DNA from: Anolis carolinensis
Lineage: Eukaryota
Direction of reading: 5' to 3'
DNA: 64,000 nucleotides
Assembly (NCBI RefSeq): GCF_035594765.1
Contig: NC_085844.1
Location: 231,958,107 to 232,022,106, forward strand
Position 1 is the stretch's first letter. The number at the start of each line of letters is the position of its first letter. The notes beneath the pieces were generated by a model, which worked only from the letters and a program-made list of their open reading frames with translations, had not been told where the DNA came from and made no database searches. The position numbers and the translations under genes were made by a program. Shown one piece after another: positions 11,574 to 24,500 of this stretch.

Positions 11574-12714
11574 AGGGATTCTTTGCGGAGTCAATTGATC
11601 AGCTTGAGGAGAGAGATCGTGTGTGGACTTCGTAATCCCAGTTCCTTGCTTCCCGGATCAAGCTTCAAACCTTGCCCTGTCTCACGGTTTTACCACGGAC
11701 TCTGTTCATGCTTCATGTTCGTCTTGTCTCCAGTCACGGATCTAGTCAAGAATCAAGTTTATTTCCAGCCTTGTTGTCAAGCTTCATTGGACTCTAAGAC
11801 TCTGTTATTTCCCCACACTATTGCTTGGCAAAGTGTGTGTTTCGGTCAAGTGGATTAAAACTTTGAACTCTAATATCTTATATTGGACAATACATTTCTG
11901 GACTATATTTGACCTCATCTGAAAGGTCTGCTTCTGAACTATATTCTTCACTTGTTTTTATTGATTTTATATATTTCTTTAATAAAGATATTAGATAGAG
12001 ACTGGCCTCTGTGTAAGGTTATTGGTGCTCTGCAGCCAGGGACCTGACAGTCTTGCATCTGGACAGAGTTGGGTTTCGCTTCTTGTTCTCTAGGGAAAGA
12101 GATTTGTTGGCGGGAAAACGAGACCCAATATAGGTGTGTGGCGCGAGAGATTCTTTGCGGAGTCAATTGATCAGCTTCAGGAGAGAGATCGTGTGTGGAC
12201 TTCGTAACCCCAGTTCCTTGCTTCCGGATCAAGCTTTCAAGCCTTTGCCTTGCCTTGCCGTGTATCCACGGACCCTGCTCCACGTTTCACGTTTTGCCTT
12301 GTTTCTAGTCACGGACCTAGCCAAGAACCAAGTTTATTTCCAGCCTTGTTGTCAAGCTTCATTGGACTCTAAGACTCTGACATTTCCCCACACTATTGCT
12401 TGGCAAAAGTGTGTGTTTCGGTCAAGTGGATTAAAACTTTGAACTCTAATATCATTTATTGGACAATACATTTTTGGACTATATTTGACCTCATTTGAAA
12501 GGTCTGCTTCTGAACTATATTCTTCACTTGTTTTTATTGCTTTTTAATATTTCCTTAATAAAGATATTAGATAGAGATTGGCCTCCGTGTACGGTTATTG
12601 GTGCCCAGCAGCCAGGGGTCTGACAGTAGTTTTTGTAAAGTTCGGTCTAAACCTGAGAGACAGTTCACTATCTCACTGATATGGAATCCATCATTAAAAA
12701 GTTCCAGTTTCTAT

Positions 12715-12822
12715 CCCTGATATCTCTAGGCAGGGCGGAGAGAGACCCATCTGAAACCCAGGAGAGCTGTTGATAAATCCTAGCTAGATAGTTTAACCAG
12801 ACATAGTTTCCTATGTTTCTGT
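12715..12822 (+). mobile_element. Degenerate 3' part of a squamate SINE with a CR1/LF-SINE-type tail
   Basis: GGCAGGGCGGAGAGAGACCC...GAAACCCAGGAGAGCTG...AGCTAGAT...TTCCTATGTTTC resembles a recalled SINE tail ending in TTCCTATG repeats. Confidence 0.4.
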
Positions 12823-14077
12823 GTTTCTGGAGAGTTCCTGGCTGACTTTAAGACCTTCACTCCATTCGACTAAAGTGTTTTGTGCAGGAGGTTTCACATC
12901 AATCTATGCTGGATTGAGTTTTTGGGTATGAAAGAAACACTTGGCATCCAAACAAGTGCTCAACATATATTTTGGGAAGCTAGTCTGCTTGGTCAAAAGT
13001 TGACTATGCTGGCCATTTGTTTGGTTAGGTATGTAAATACAGTTTCATGGAGAACTAGCATCTATGATACTCCTAAAATAGCTATTTAAAACATCCTGTT
13101 CAATGGTGCCATACTTCTGTATCTGAGATGTAAAATGTGAGAAACATGTCCTACTTGTGGTCTTCCTAAAGGCACAGTTAGAAATGTTAGAAAGGCTGAG
13201 AGAGTGTGACTTATCATTTAGTCAGTTTCCATGGCTGCCTGGGAATTCAAACTCTCATTTTCCACTTTCAGCACTCAAACTACATCTCTGTCATGCTGCC
13301 TGGCACTCTTTTTCACTGTGTATATATAGGAGAAAATATGCTATTTTTAATTTACTGTAGTTGGGTTACTTTTGTTGTCAGAAGTTGTGTTGAATTTGAA
13401 GTCCCTTTTATTGCACATTTTTTCAGTGTGTTGTTAGTATTTTAATGATGTAATAATTTTGCATAAATCCTTAAGCCGAATAGCCCTAGGATATATTTAT
13501 ATGAGGGGTAGTATTGAAATAATGAATCAATAAATTATGTTGTATTTTATATGACACCCCCCTTTCCAAATAGGGGAAATGTTGAAGCTTTGTATGAAGT
13601 GCATTACTTCATATGAAAACAATATAATGTAATTAAATGATCCTGCACCATTTAAACATGTAATTTAAATAGTATTTTGTTACACCCCCCCACCCCCCGA
13701 ATACACAGGTTCATAACCAAATGTTCTCCCGGACTCAGCTTTGAATCTGGAGACCCAGGTCATGGGGCTTTTAATTATTTGAAGGGCTTTTTGTCTTTCT
13801 GGTTGCATTTAGTTGTTTTAACTTAAGGTGTAAATTATTTTAATACTGTAAATAATTGAATACTATTGTAATAATAATTTATGCATATTTATTGTATTGT
13901 TCTTTAAAATGTGAGCTGATTTGAGTCACAATGGGGGGGGGAGTGAGATGATGATGGTAATGGTGATAATAATATACTATTTTAAATCAGGAAAACGGTG
14001 AGTACGAGATAAAAGATACATTACCTGGGGTCAATAATGGCACCTGTGAAAACTCTTGCATACATATTGCATACGTA

Positions 14078-14260
14078 GTTGTTATTGTTGTGGTCCTCCA
14101 AGCTGCTTCTGACTAATGGGAAACCAAAGCCAAACTTATCATAGGGTTTTCTTGAAAGATTTGGTCAAAAGATGTTTGCCTTTTCCTTCCTCTGAGGCTG
14201 AGAAAGCGTGACTTGTCCAAAATCACTTAGTGGGATTCCATGGTTGAGTGGGGAGTCATT
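14078..14260 (-). mobile_element. tRNA-derived CORE-type SINE with RTE-like tail
   Basis: (GTT)n tail, CCTCTGAGGCTGAGAAAGCGTGACTTGTCCAA CORE-like block; homologous to 26400-26610, 27255-27400 and 52290-52460. Confidence 0.7.
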
Positions 14261-14976
14261 ATCTAAAGCTCAACCCTGGCTTTCCCCTGTTGTCCAAATA
14301 CCATAATTAAAATATACTTCTATATGTTATTATCCTGAATAGGAGGCAAAGGCATTAATTTAACATTTTATATCTAAAATACACAAAACAGTTACCCACA
14401 GCCCCAGGAAAATTTATTGATTGATTTGGGAGAATCCCAATATAACAGAACTTAATCCTTCTTTATTTTATTTGATCTTGTTTATTTTATCTTAATGAAG
14501 TGGATTTCCTCCTTCTGTTTTTCAAGCATGGCATAAAATTCTGGACAGTCATTAGCAAGCACTGATTAAACAGCAATGTGACTTGTTATGTTTTATAGCA
14601 AACACTTAAGAATGTTTGTAAAACCACTGATAATGTATCGAAAGCATGGAAAATTTCATACCTTTTTTGAACCCATTGGAAATTGTAGTGCCATGAGGAA
14701 TTTTTTTTAAGTCCCTTCCAGCGATGGTTTTGATTTGAGCTTTTCATCCATTGTTGGACTACATGGATTTCTAAAAAAGAAAAAAAGAGAATTTTAATGG
14801 ATGTTTCAAAAACCATTTTTTCTGCATTTTTAAAAAGTGCTGTTGTTGTTTGTTTGCTTTAAAGCAGAGGTTCTAAAGACACCTATGTTATCAAAGTTGT
14901 AAAGTGAACATTTTGCAATAAATCTCTGAAGTGTCTGAGAAAAAAAATAGTGAGGGGGGTTGTGTGGAAAATATGA

Positions 14977-15181
14977 NNNNNNNNNNNNNNNNNNNNNNNN
15001 NNNNNNNNNNNNNNNNNNNNNNNNNNNNNNNNNNNNNNNNNNNNNNNNNNNNNNNNNNNNNNNNNNNNNNNNNNNNNNNNNNNNNNNNNNNNNNNNNNNN
15101 NNNNNNNNNNNNNNNNNNNNNNNNNNNNNNNNNNNNNNNNNNNNNNNNNNNNNNNNNNNNNNNNNNNNNNNNNNNNNNNNN
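14977..15181. other. Assembly gap
   Basis: Run of N. Confidence 1.
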
Positions 15182-15248
15182 TAAACGGGCCGGCAGAAGC
15201 TTGGATACACACACACACACACATACACACACATACACACACACATAC

Positions 15249-15565
15249 ACAGTCTCACTAATCCAAGCTAAACGGGCCGGCAGAAGCTTGGATAAGTGAA
15301 TATCTTGAATTATAAGGACTGATCAAGAAAAAGCCTATTAAACATCAAATTAGGTTATGATTTTACAAATTAAGCACCAAAACTTCATGTTATACAACAA
15401 ATTTGACAGAAAAAGTAGTTCAATACGCAGTAATGTTATGTTGTAATTACTGTATTTACGAATTTAGCACCAAAATATCACGATATATTGGAAACATTGA
15501 CTACAAAAATGGCTTGGATTATCCAGAGGCTTGGACAAGCGAGGATTGGATTAGTGAGACTCTAC

Positions 15566-15567
<2 letters not shown>
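15249..15567 (-). mobile_element. Tc1/mariner-type MITE (~320 bp), opposite orientation to 48420-48742
   Basis: TIRs AGTCTCACTAATCCAA / TTGGATTAGTGAGACTCTACTG; body is the reverse complement of 48420-48742; flanked by (CA)n and (TG)n. Confidence 0.9.
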
Positions 15568-15601
<34 letters not shown>

Positions 15602-16300
15602 ACAATTATAAAGGTTGAAGCTGGAATTGATTACAAATGTACAAGGCTGAGCGTGGCTTTGGAGAGGGAGCAGTTGTGCAAAGGCCTCTGCCCAGATCTA
15701 GGATATGATCTTCCTTTTTATTGATGAATCTTTGGGCTTTACTAGAAAGGGGTGATGTCTCTTAAGATGAGAAGGGGGAAGCATTTCATTTGACCTGCTT
15801 TCATAACTGAACTGACTGAATTAGTACTTCTCAGACTAAAAGTATGGATTGGATAGAGCTCTGAATTTTTTTACATTTCTATATTTTGTAATCCAAGAAA
15901 GAATGGATATATATGGAAAAGTTGCATATACATATGTATACATTAGAGTGAATTGAATACAAAATAGAAACACCGGGGAATGTGTTTATTTAAATGTGTG
16001 AATGGTTTTGTATACTTTGGAGAGGGTTAATTTAGAAATTGGACAGAATGTAGTTCACACTTCTAAGAGAATGTGGCTCTAGTTGACAAAAAATATGACA
16101 AGTGAAACACATATGGGCTAGAAATTGACTAATTTGTTTATCCTGAGTGTAGGACAGGAATAAGGAGGCACTATTTTTCCAGACATATATTTTTTGTGTT
16201 TCCCTTGTTTGATTCTAATATGAATTACCTGTGGATGGCTTACTCTTAGTGAATATTTATTTGTACTTGAATTATTATTTAAATATTGGCTTGCAGTTGC

Positions 16301-16359
<59 letters not shown>
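16301..16359. repeat. (TAA)n microsatellite
   Basis: Direct reading; about 19 units. Confidence 0.95.
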
Positions 16360-17242
16360 TAAATGGTTCATTTTAAAAGTGTAACTTCAGATACATATAT
16401 ATATAGAGAGAGAGGGGAGGGAGTGCTTTGGATAGCATGGGGAAGGTGTTTGCTTTGTTCTCTATGCTCCTGTTCTGAAGATTTCACCTCATGTTACACT
16501 GTTAATATTTTATGCATTTCCCAAATGCGCACATTCATTTCCAAATTTTACTTAAATATTGCATTATATTCCAACTGACTTTTATTTTGTATTTCCCCAG
16601 TTGTGCTCAGTTAAGCCATTCACATTGTAAAATATGGTAATTTTCCCCTCTTCATACTTTATTTCTTTCTCTAGTTTTGCAAGTGTGTGAATTCTTGAGT
16701 CATGAAAGGTGGGAAAAGCTGGCTTTAGCTGAGATTGTAACACCCAATGAAATTTGTATCCATCCCTAGCTACAAGAAATGTGTTATTTGTAATTTGAAT
16801 CTTATGATTTTAATACATGGTTAATTTCACTTGTTTTTTTTAAAAAAAATTAACTGTTTAATGACCTTTATATGTAAATGTGTGTAGTATTTAAGTTTTT
16901 TCTGTAGCATTCCAATTTGTAAAACAACTAAAAGTATCTTTAGCTGCTTTTAAATTCACAAGAAAACGAAAAGAGTTTTTTTGTAAAAATAAATGTAATT
17001 ATCGGATAGATCCTGGAACTATAATGACATCTTAATTACTTTAAAATAACTTTCCAATCTCTGTTTAAAAGACATCTAATATATCTTCTAGTTTGCACAT
17101 ACATATGGCACTGCTTTCAGGAGGAATCTTGCCAGCTTCTCTGACGTCCTTTTAACTTCCTATCAAATTTTTACAAATGCTTCACCAGAGCAAGTCTCTT
17201 TCCAGTTTGTTAAAAACTGAACAATTTACAACAAACAGTAAA

Positions 17243-17300
17243 ACTTTATTTATATCCCACTCCATCTCCCCATGGGGACTCGGTGGCTCACAATATGAAA
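17243..17300 (-). mobile_element. L2-type 3' tail fragment
   Basis: TTTATTTATATCCCACTCCATCTCCCCATGGGGACTCGG...CTCACA is the reverse complement of the tail type at 18740-18817. Confidence 0.55.
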
Positions 17301-17689
17301 AGGCAAATATTCAATGCCATACAGTACAATAAATAAACAATACAATTAAAAAGTATTTAATGATCAATTATAAAAGCAATATAGTGTAAAGCCAATAAGA
17401 ATATATTAAATAACATCAATAAGAACAAAAGAGAAAATGTTTTAAAGCCATTCCCATAAACCATTTCACATTTCATAAGGCCAGGTATTTAGTCATTCAT
17501 CTCTCCATAAGCTTGGGTACACAGGAAATTTTTTAGTGTCCTCATGTGATCAAAACAGTATCATCTTCAAAAACAGTGGTTAGGGAAATCGTAAGATTTG
17601 TAGTCATATAACAAAAATCTTCTAAGGGTTAAAAATGCCTAAATTAGGAAAAGCCTAAATCTAGCCCAATGAGGAATGAACACATCCAG

Positions 17690-18125
17690 TAGTCAGCCCT
17701 CCACATTTATAATTATTTGCTGATTTGATTGATATGTTCTTTCTAGGAATCTCTAGGAAGGAATTTACACTATGGAATTAATGCAGTTGAACATCACTTT
17801 AACTGCAATAGCTCCATGCTATGGAATCATGGGAGCTGTAGTTTAGTGAGGCATGGGTATTATTTTGCAGAGAAGGCTAAAGACCTTGTAACACTACAAC
17901 TCTCATGATTCCACAACATCAAGTTATGGCCCTTTAACTGATGTCAAATGGAATTCTGCAACATAGATGCACCTAGGTCCACTGGGAAAACTATGGTCAG
18001 CATTCACCAGAATGCGACCATAGCATTGCCTTGGGAGAGAGGTGTAAGGAAAACATTTTTATTTGTAGTTTTCAAAAAAAATTGTGAAGATCCTGCAGCC
18101 CTAACACTCACAAAACTGTATTTAT
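17690..18125. mobile_element. Tigger-like MITE remnant carrying a nested Harbinger-like MITE (~17757-17972)
   Basis: Host reads GTCAGCCCTCCACATTT...CTAGGAATCTCTAG|GTCC; the insert is palindromic (TACACTATGGAATT...GGAATCATGGGAGCTGTAGT...ACTACAACTCTCATGATTCC...AGATGCACC) with TAG on both sides. Confidence 0.6.
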
Positions 18126-18594
18126 ACTAGAAACAAAATAGTAGTGAAGCTGTTTCAATAAGGGAGTTACACGTTCCTTGTTACCAGCCCTGGTCAGCAC
18201 TCTAATTATAGCATTTTGGATCTGCTGAAGTTCCGAGATAGTTTGCAAGGTAGACCCACTTAGAGTGAATTATAAACATCCAGACAGGATGTACTCAAGG
18301 CAAAAGTCCCTGCCATCAGAGACATCTTCAGGAATGGGCACAGCTGGCACATCTCTGAGCTGAAATGTGTATTGGGAGAGAATGTATTTGTTCTTGCCCA
18401 TTTGTCCCTGTGTTGTCCCCCTCCCCAAGTGACCAATGGATACAGTATTCTAAAAAGATCCTGATCCTTCAGTGTTTGCTGAGATAAATAAATGGAACAA
18501 TTATAGGCCTTGGTAGGAGTGAGCTTCATACGTGTTTTGTCAGCTGTGTAACTACCTCTCCCTGACTCTGACATATTTTGCACTTTGGCCCAGT

Positions 18595-18817
18595 TTTGTG
18601 AATTCATCTCTTGTTTTAACACTTTATTTTGTATGTTGACCTTTTATGACTGTTTTTATCGATGCTGATGTTTTATTGTTGAGTAATTTGTTGTATTGTT
18701 TTGCTTTTGCTTCTATATTGCTGTGTCTGGGCAAGGCCCCATGTAAGCCGCTCCGAGTCCCTTTGGGGAGATGGGGCGGGGTATAAGAATAAAGTTATTA
18801 TTATATTATTATTATTT
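18595..18817 (+). mobile_element. LINE 3' end (L2-type tail)
   Basis: T-rich UTR, then TGTAAGCCGCTCCGAGTCCCTTTGGGGAGATGGGGCGGGGTATAAGAATAAAG and a (TTA)n tail; may extend upstream to ~18260. Confidence 0.65.
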
Positions 18818-19677
18818 GTGTGATTTTGGGCTAAATATATGTATATGTTTAACTTGCTGACTTTCCTTTTCGTTTTCTCTCTCCCCACATGCCCCCCCCC
18901 CCAAACACACAGAAAGTGATGGGAATAATCATTTTATAAAAGAGAAGAAATTTCACATCTTGACAGGTCCACACAGATAGAAGAGTTAGATATGAAGTAA
19001 AATGTGTTACAACAACATTGAGAAGTGGACAGTGTAGCTTTGGCAGAGCCAAAGAAAAATTAGTGTGTCAAAGTGTGAACAGGTCACATCACTTTGCTGA
19101 ATCACTGTTATCAAGAGGTTGAAAAAAGAAGAAGGAACAGCTCAGAGGTTTTTGTGGATCAGCTGTGCAGGGACTGTTTAGTTTTTCTTATTGTATTTCA
19201 CATTGCTCTGGGACTTAACTGCTTAGCTTTTACATAGAGCAACTGACATTATCAAGGTGCATTGTGCATTTTACAGTGGAAATGCAATTTTCTATTTCCG
19301 CTTGGATCCTGGGAATGTTGGCATTTTCCAGGCTGTCAGACAAATGAGTGCTCAGTAGGACATTTAGGCCTGTCTTTCTATCTAATCTATCTAATCTATC
19401 TCATTTCTAAAGTGCCCATCACCTTGGCATCTAGGTGTAACCTTCCTGTCCAAGTCTCTTTAGCTGGGATAATTTAGTCCTATGAGAGTTCAAATGCTTT
19501 CTGATCAGGTTGAAACCATTTCTTGAAGCATGGATTGAAAACCCATAGCTGTAATGGGCTTGATCCTTTCAGTATTCTCTTGTCTATATTGTTCACATCC
19601 ATGTATCTGGTGCATATTTATAATATATTCATTCATGATTTTTTTCCATGAGGAACATCAGAAGACCTTATGAATTT

Positions 19678-19808
19678 TGGTCTCAACCTGTGGGTCCCCA
19701 GATGTTTTGGCCTTCAACACCCAGAAATCCTAACAGCTGGTAAACTGACTGGGATTTCTGAGAGTTGTAGGCCAAAACCCCTGGGGACCCACAGTTTGAG
19801 AATCACTG
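19678..19808. mobile_element. Short palindromic hAT (Charlie-type) MITE
   Basis: GGTCTCAACCTGTGGGTCCCCAG...CTGGGGACCCACAGTTTGAGAATCACTG; near-perfect internal palindrome. Confidence 0.8.
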
Positions 19809-20224
19809 ATCTTGATGAAAGACATGTTGGAGCAATATGCTCTTGCAATCTTTGCTGCCCAAGATTGGACCTTTCAGAGGAGGGATATAAATCCTTCAAA
19901 TAGGCTAGACTTGAACACTATAGCCCAATGATGGTCCAGCCACCTAGGCAATAGAAGCTGTGAATTTGTACTCAGTACTCTCTCTGCATATTTCTTCGCC
20001 TAGGCAGGATACCTATGCTCACAATTCTTTCTCTCCCCCAGAATTTGTATATAGTCCTCCTAAATAGAAGCTCTGATAGGACTTCAGAAGCTTTGAACCT
20101 GAACAAGGAACCTTTCAAAGTTGTTAGAGCCATCAATATCTTAAGTCCCAACTCACCAGTCTAACCACCATGAATTGTCAACTCTCAGAGATTCTTCTAT
20201 CAACATATAACCATAAGTATTCAC

Positions 20225-21638
20225 TAGGGTTGGGCAATTTTTTGTATGCCCATTAAATTCATATCAAATTCGGATCTAAAGCACCTTTGAAGAGAGTTTT
20301 GACACATCTGCTCACTGGCTTCCTAATATTAAGAATTTGAATCAAAAGGCACCTTTTTTTTCATCTGTCTCGGATGTCTTCGGATGTAGCTGTAGCCCCG
20401 CTGAGAAGCGAAGCCAATCAGGGCGGAAGGAAGAGAGAGGGAGAGGTGAGGCCATCGTTCTTGTAGCCTTTTTAAAAAAAATGTTGTTTGAAAATTCCCA
20501 AAAAAATCAGTGGATGGATCAAACATTATGAAACTTGTTAGGCAAAGAGTGGTGAATATTTGTTTTGATTGTGGCAAATTTCATCCCAATAGCTTTAAAA
20601 GTGGAGGAGAACTGAGCCTCTGAATTTTCCCCATTTATAAAAGCATTGGGCTGAAGCAGACATTTCTCCAATAGTACTATGCCTGCTTTAAAACTACAAT
20701 TCCCAGATGTCCCAGGCCCTCTTTCCTCTTAACATTCCCCACCCCCTTTTGTCCTCACTTGACCATCTTGACCAAACTTTCATACGGTATGTGAATTCTT
20801 GGAAGGTATGAGAAGTTTAGAGAGAGGGAGGGAGAGGGAGGGAGAAGTTTGAGTGTTGGACTCCGATTGTGGCTTGATTCCCCACTCAGCCACCCACTTG
20901 GGCAAGTCACACACTCTCAGCCCCAGAAAAGCCAATGAAACAGGAAATAGCACTTTCAAACCAGGAACTGATTTCCTTATTCAGAGGCTGATGGCCATCT
21001 GTCAGGAATGATTTGATGGTGTAGTATGATTTCTGTTACTGGGTGATAAATGTCATTTCCTAATTGGTTCTGTCATAGAAACATGGCAAAATTTATGACG
21101 CTGCCTGAACTTTGTCTTTGTGCAAGTGACATGGAGCACATTATGGTTTCCTGGGACACTGTCCACCAATTTAACAAAATTTCAGCCACAAAACAAAGTT
21201 TATGAAGTAGAAAAATAACTCTCAAAGTAAAGACAACCCAATGAAACAGGAAATAAGACTTTCAAACCAGGAACAGATTTCTGCAGTTATTAAAAAATGG
21301 TTTATTATAAAAGCTATGAAAATTCTCCAAAAATCAGAGGATAAGGGAAACGTTCTGACTTTTGGTGAGCTAGCAGTGTTATATGTGTTCTACCACTGTA
21401 CCAAATTTGAAGAAGATAGCTCAAAAAATGAGGGCGTGAGAGTCCTGTAAATTCCCCCCAGTACTGTTTTTGGCCACTGCGCATGCGCATCCACCATTAA
21501 CAAATTAATTTAGAATATTCTGAGTTTCAATACTTTTTGGGGCCAAATTTCAGAAGTAGTTTCAGAAACGAAGCACTAGCGCCCCCTACTTTAGAAGCGA
21601 GTTTAGAACCATTTTTTTCCATGGATCGCACATGCCTA
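20225..21638. mobile_element. 1.4-kb non-autonomous hAT element with a nested SINE fragment (~20845-20935)
   Basis: Termini TAGGGTTGGGCAAT / ATCGCACATGCCTA; 8-bp TSD GTATTCAC / CTATTCAC (20217-20224, 21639-21646). Confidence 0.8.
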
Positions 21639-23218
21639 CTATTCACCTTTTTGTGGGCTCCATCCATACATTTTTGTCTTTTTTGTGATCCATCCATCCA
21701 TCCATGTTCAACTTTTGTGTGTGTGATTTTAAATGTTTTTTCCTTTTTAAAATTAACTCTGGGAGCTTCCATGGGTCCTACAGTAGCAGAAAGTCACCAT
21801 AGAAATAAATAAATGAATGAATAAATGAAATAAAATACCAGGCCATCTGTATTTTTCTTTGCACTAAACAATTGTATGCTATAAACATGCTTGTATTTTT
21901 CTGTGTCACTATGTTACTGCCAGCTGTTGTAACTAAAACATAGGCATCATAACTGATTATTCTGCTGAGAACTATTAGTAGAGTCATGATGGGTGCTGTA
22001 TGAAATGTCTAGAGCCTTTGGTTTCGAGAAGGGAATATGTAATATTGAGCAAATTGTCATACAGCTAGAACTCATGACAATTCTAATTGACAGACAATTT
22101 TTCCTGCAGAAATCTCCTGTTCAACATCAAGAAGGAAAAGTGAAGATCATAACTGCCGAAAAGGTTTCCTGCTTGTTCCATTTGTTGGGAGTTGTATGCA
22201 CACATACTTACACTCTCTCCCTCCACCCCCTTCACCCTCACACATAGAGAAAGCAGAGGTGAGCCATGTGCTAGAACCAACAAATCACATTTGTACTGCA
22301 TTCTGTGGCAGTGCAGATGGGGATAAAGAGAAGAGGGAGAGATTAATTGGGAATGTCTAAATATAATATTATCTAGCACAGTTCTGCATATGCTTACACT
22401 TCATTACAGCATTTCTGCCAAAGAATGCTATACCTATTATAGCATTTCTTTTGCTGGGGAATGCTATATGATTACAATTCATAATGGTAGTACCTTGATC
22501 TGGGCCTTTTAACCCCTTCTCAAACCTTGTCCTGTTGCCATTTTTCCTGTATTAAAAGGGTTTTTTTTATCCCCCTCTTGAAAAGGCTTGTGTCTACCTT
22601 CCTTTCTCACAGGGAGCACATTAAGTGACCTTATTAATTGTCCATATATAGAACATCTTTGTGATCAATTTTGGTGCCACTCCATCCAATCTTATAGGAT
22701 GTTTAAATTGGGGTTGAGAAAAAAAAGTCTCGTTTCAGTTTCTGGCAAGAGAAATTGGCTATGCTTTTGAGTTTATTTGATATTGTATCTGATTTCAACA
22801 CCATTTCTTTGGAATATTGCCTTTCAGCATTTGAGAAAAGACACATGTCATATTTTAAGAGTGGCAGGGGTAATTTGATAGTATCTTCACTTTCCTGTAA
22901 ACAAATGCCCTTTGTTTTTCTTCCTGGATGCATAAATATTCTGGAGTGCTGGAGCTTACATGGGTGAAAGCCATAATTTAAAGGTGAATTGGCTAGCATT
23001 TTGGTGTGTGTGTGTGTGTATGTGTGGAGATGGTTCAGGGACTATATGGACTACCCCTACAGCATATAGCCTCTTTGCTGGAAAAAACATGATGTGCCTC
23101 TCCTCTAAGATTCTATAAGTGGATATTCATTTTTTCAAAAATAAGTTGCAAAATACATGTGGACATTTTTGATGAGCTACAGTCTGGTGTGTTAGGGGAA
23201 GGCATACATTCTATAAGG

Positions 23219-23725
23219 CAGGCAAGAGCAAACCTTTTTTGCCTTGGGGCCACATTGTGGGCCCGACCAAGTGGGCTAGGCCAGAAGGAAGGTTGGCCAG
23301 GCACGTTCTGGGTGGTACAGGCCTGGGAGGGACAGGGCTTGTGAGATGGTGGGGCTGGGGTCGGGCCAGGGCTGGAGTCATCCTCAGGTTGTCTTCCTGG
23401 CATAAGGATGGGACTGCTCATCCCATTCTTATGACGGGAGGAAAACAAGACATGTAGTGACTGCTCCAATCGTCCCCCTTGATATTTGGACTATCAGCAT
23501 TATGGTAGGAGGAGGGCAAGACAGACGACGGCTGAGAGTACTCTGGAGGGTTCTCCGCTGCTGCGTGCCTTCCTCCATGTCCTTTCTGCATAAGGATGTA
23601 GTGGGCTACCATGTCCTTATGCCTTATGAAGCAGGCCACCATGTCCTTATGTCGAGAGGACAGGGGCCTGAGGTAAGAACCCAGGGGCTGCATCTGGCTC
23701 CTGGGCCTTAGTTTGCCCATGCCTG
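23219..23725. mobile_element. hAT MITE (507 bp)
   Basis: Termini CAGGCAAGAGCAAAC / GTTTGCCCATGCCTG; perfect 8-bp TSD CTATAAGG (23211-23218, 23726-23733); GC-rich body. Confidence 0.9.
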
Positions 23726-24347
23726 CTATAAGGGGTAGAATAAGGCAAAATATGAATTTATAGGAAATACGTTTAAAGGAAATCCCTTTCAGAGTATAAA
23801 AGGGGAGATAAAGCATCAAGAGGTTTGACATAAGGCAGTATTTGCCCTGATTGTATGCATGCCTTTCCCATAAAGTGTGAGATTAGACACCATGGGTGGA
23901 TAATGTGCTATAGATGTCTGTAAAAGCCTATTTTTGCTTTCCCCATCTTTAACCAGCCAGATCAAGTGCAATTTATTAAAGACATGTCTTTAATATGTAT
24001 GGACAGCAATCGCAGTTTATCAGAGAAGTCATATAAATATACTTAGCTTAACATTTAACTGTTTTTGCTCCAGAACATGGCCAGAAAGCCTGTTGTCCCA
24101 GGGCTACATGCAGCTTCTGGACTAATTTCATGCAACCTTCATTTCATAGAGCCTATAGAGTAGTAGCGGCAGAGAGAGAGGGATGTCTTAGCATACTGTA
24201 GAAAGTAGTTTTAGGTAATGTATTTTTTTAAATCCATAATCCTTTTTCCCCATGCAGAGGAGAGAAAGGGATTAGGAAAATTTGGGACCCTCCCCTCCGA
24301 GGACCAACTTTCAATATCCCCCCCCCCCCAAAAAAAGCAACAACCCC

Positions 24348-24500
24348 AGTACAATCCCTGTATTTGTGGGTGATATGTTCCACAACCCATTGGGACTACC
24401 TGAAACTGTTAATAATAGCAGCCTCTATATTTTGACTAGACTTGGACCAGAAGCCTATTATAGAATCACACTAGAAGACCCAGGGAATTACTACACTGAA
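24348..24500. mobile_element. Tigger-like MITE fragment
   Basis: TACAATCCCTGTATTTGTGGGTGATATGTTCC start and CACACTAGAAGACC motif shared with ~28780-29050, ~32790-32920 and ~41870-42080. Confidence 0.45.

Larger units (their letters stand above)
11185..12049 (+). mobile_element. Solo LTR (inner copy, 865 bp) nested in a same-family LTR
   Basis: TGTGATG...CTGACA termini; perfect 5-bp TSD GTCTT (11180-11184 and 12050-12054); AATAAA at 11981-11986. Confidence 0.93.
10887..12625 (+). mobile_element. Solo LTR (outer copy; 10887-11184 plus 12055-12625) of an LTR retrotransposon, probably Ty3/Gypsy or BEL type
   Basis: TGT...ACA termini; perfect 5-bp TSD GTAGT (10882-10886 and 12626-12630); AATAAA at 12557-12562; colinear with the inner copy; many intact CpGs. 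Confidence 0.93.

Noticed and set aside
11562-12442. ~100-codon ORFs in the 3' half of each LTR (11562-11858, 12134-12442)
   Set aside because: GTG starts, and frameshifting indels between copies change the middle and the C-terminus.
10887-12625. Full-length LTR retrotransposon or simple tandem duplication
   Set aside because: There is no PBS, PPT, gag or pol sequence between the repeats, and two independent 5-bp TSDs define a nested pair of solo LTRs.
14830-15299. ORFs spanning N runs (also 29237-29794, 45206-45474, 54283-54556)
   Set aside because: Artefacts of translating assembly gaps.
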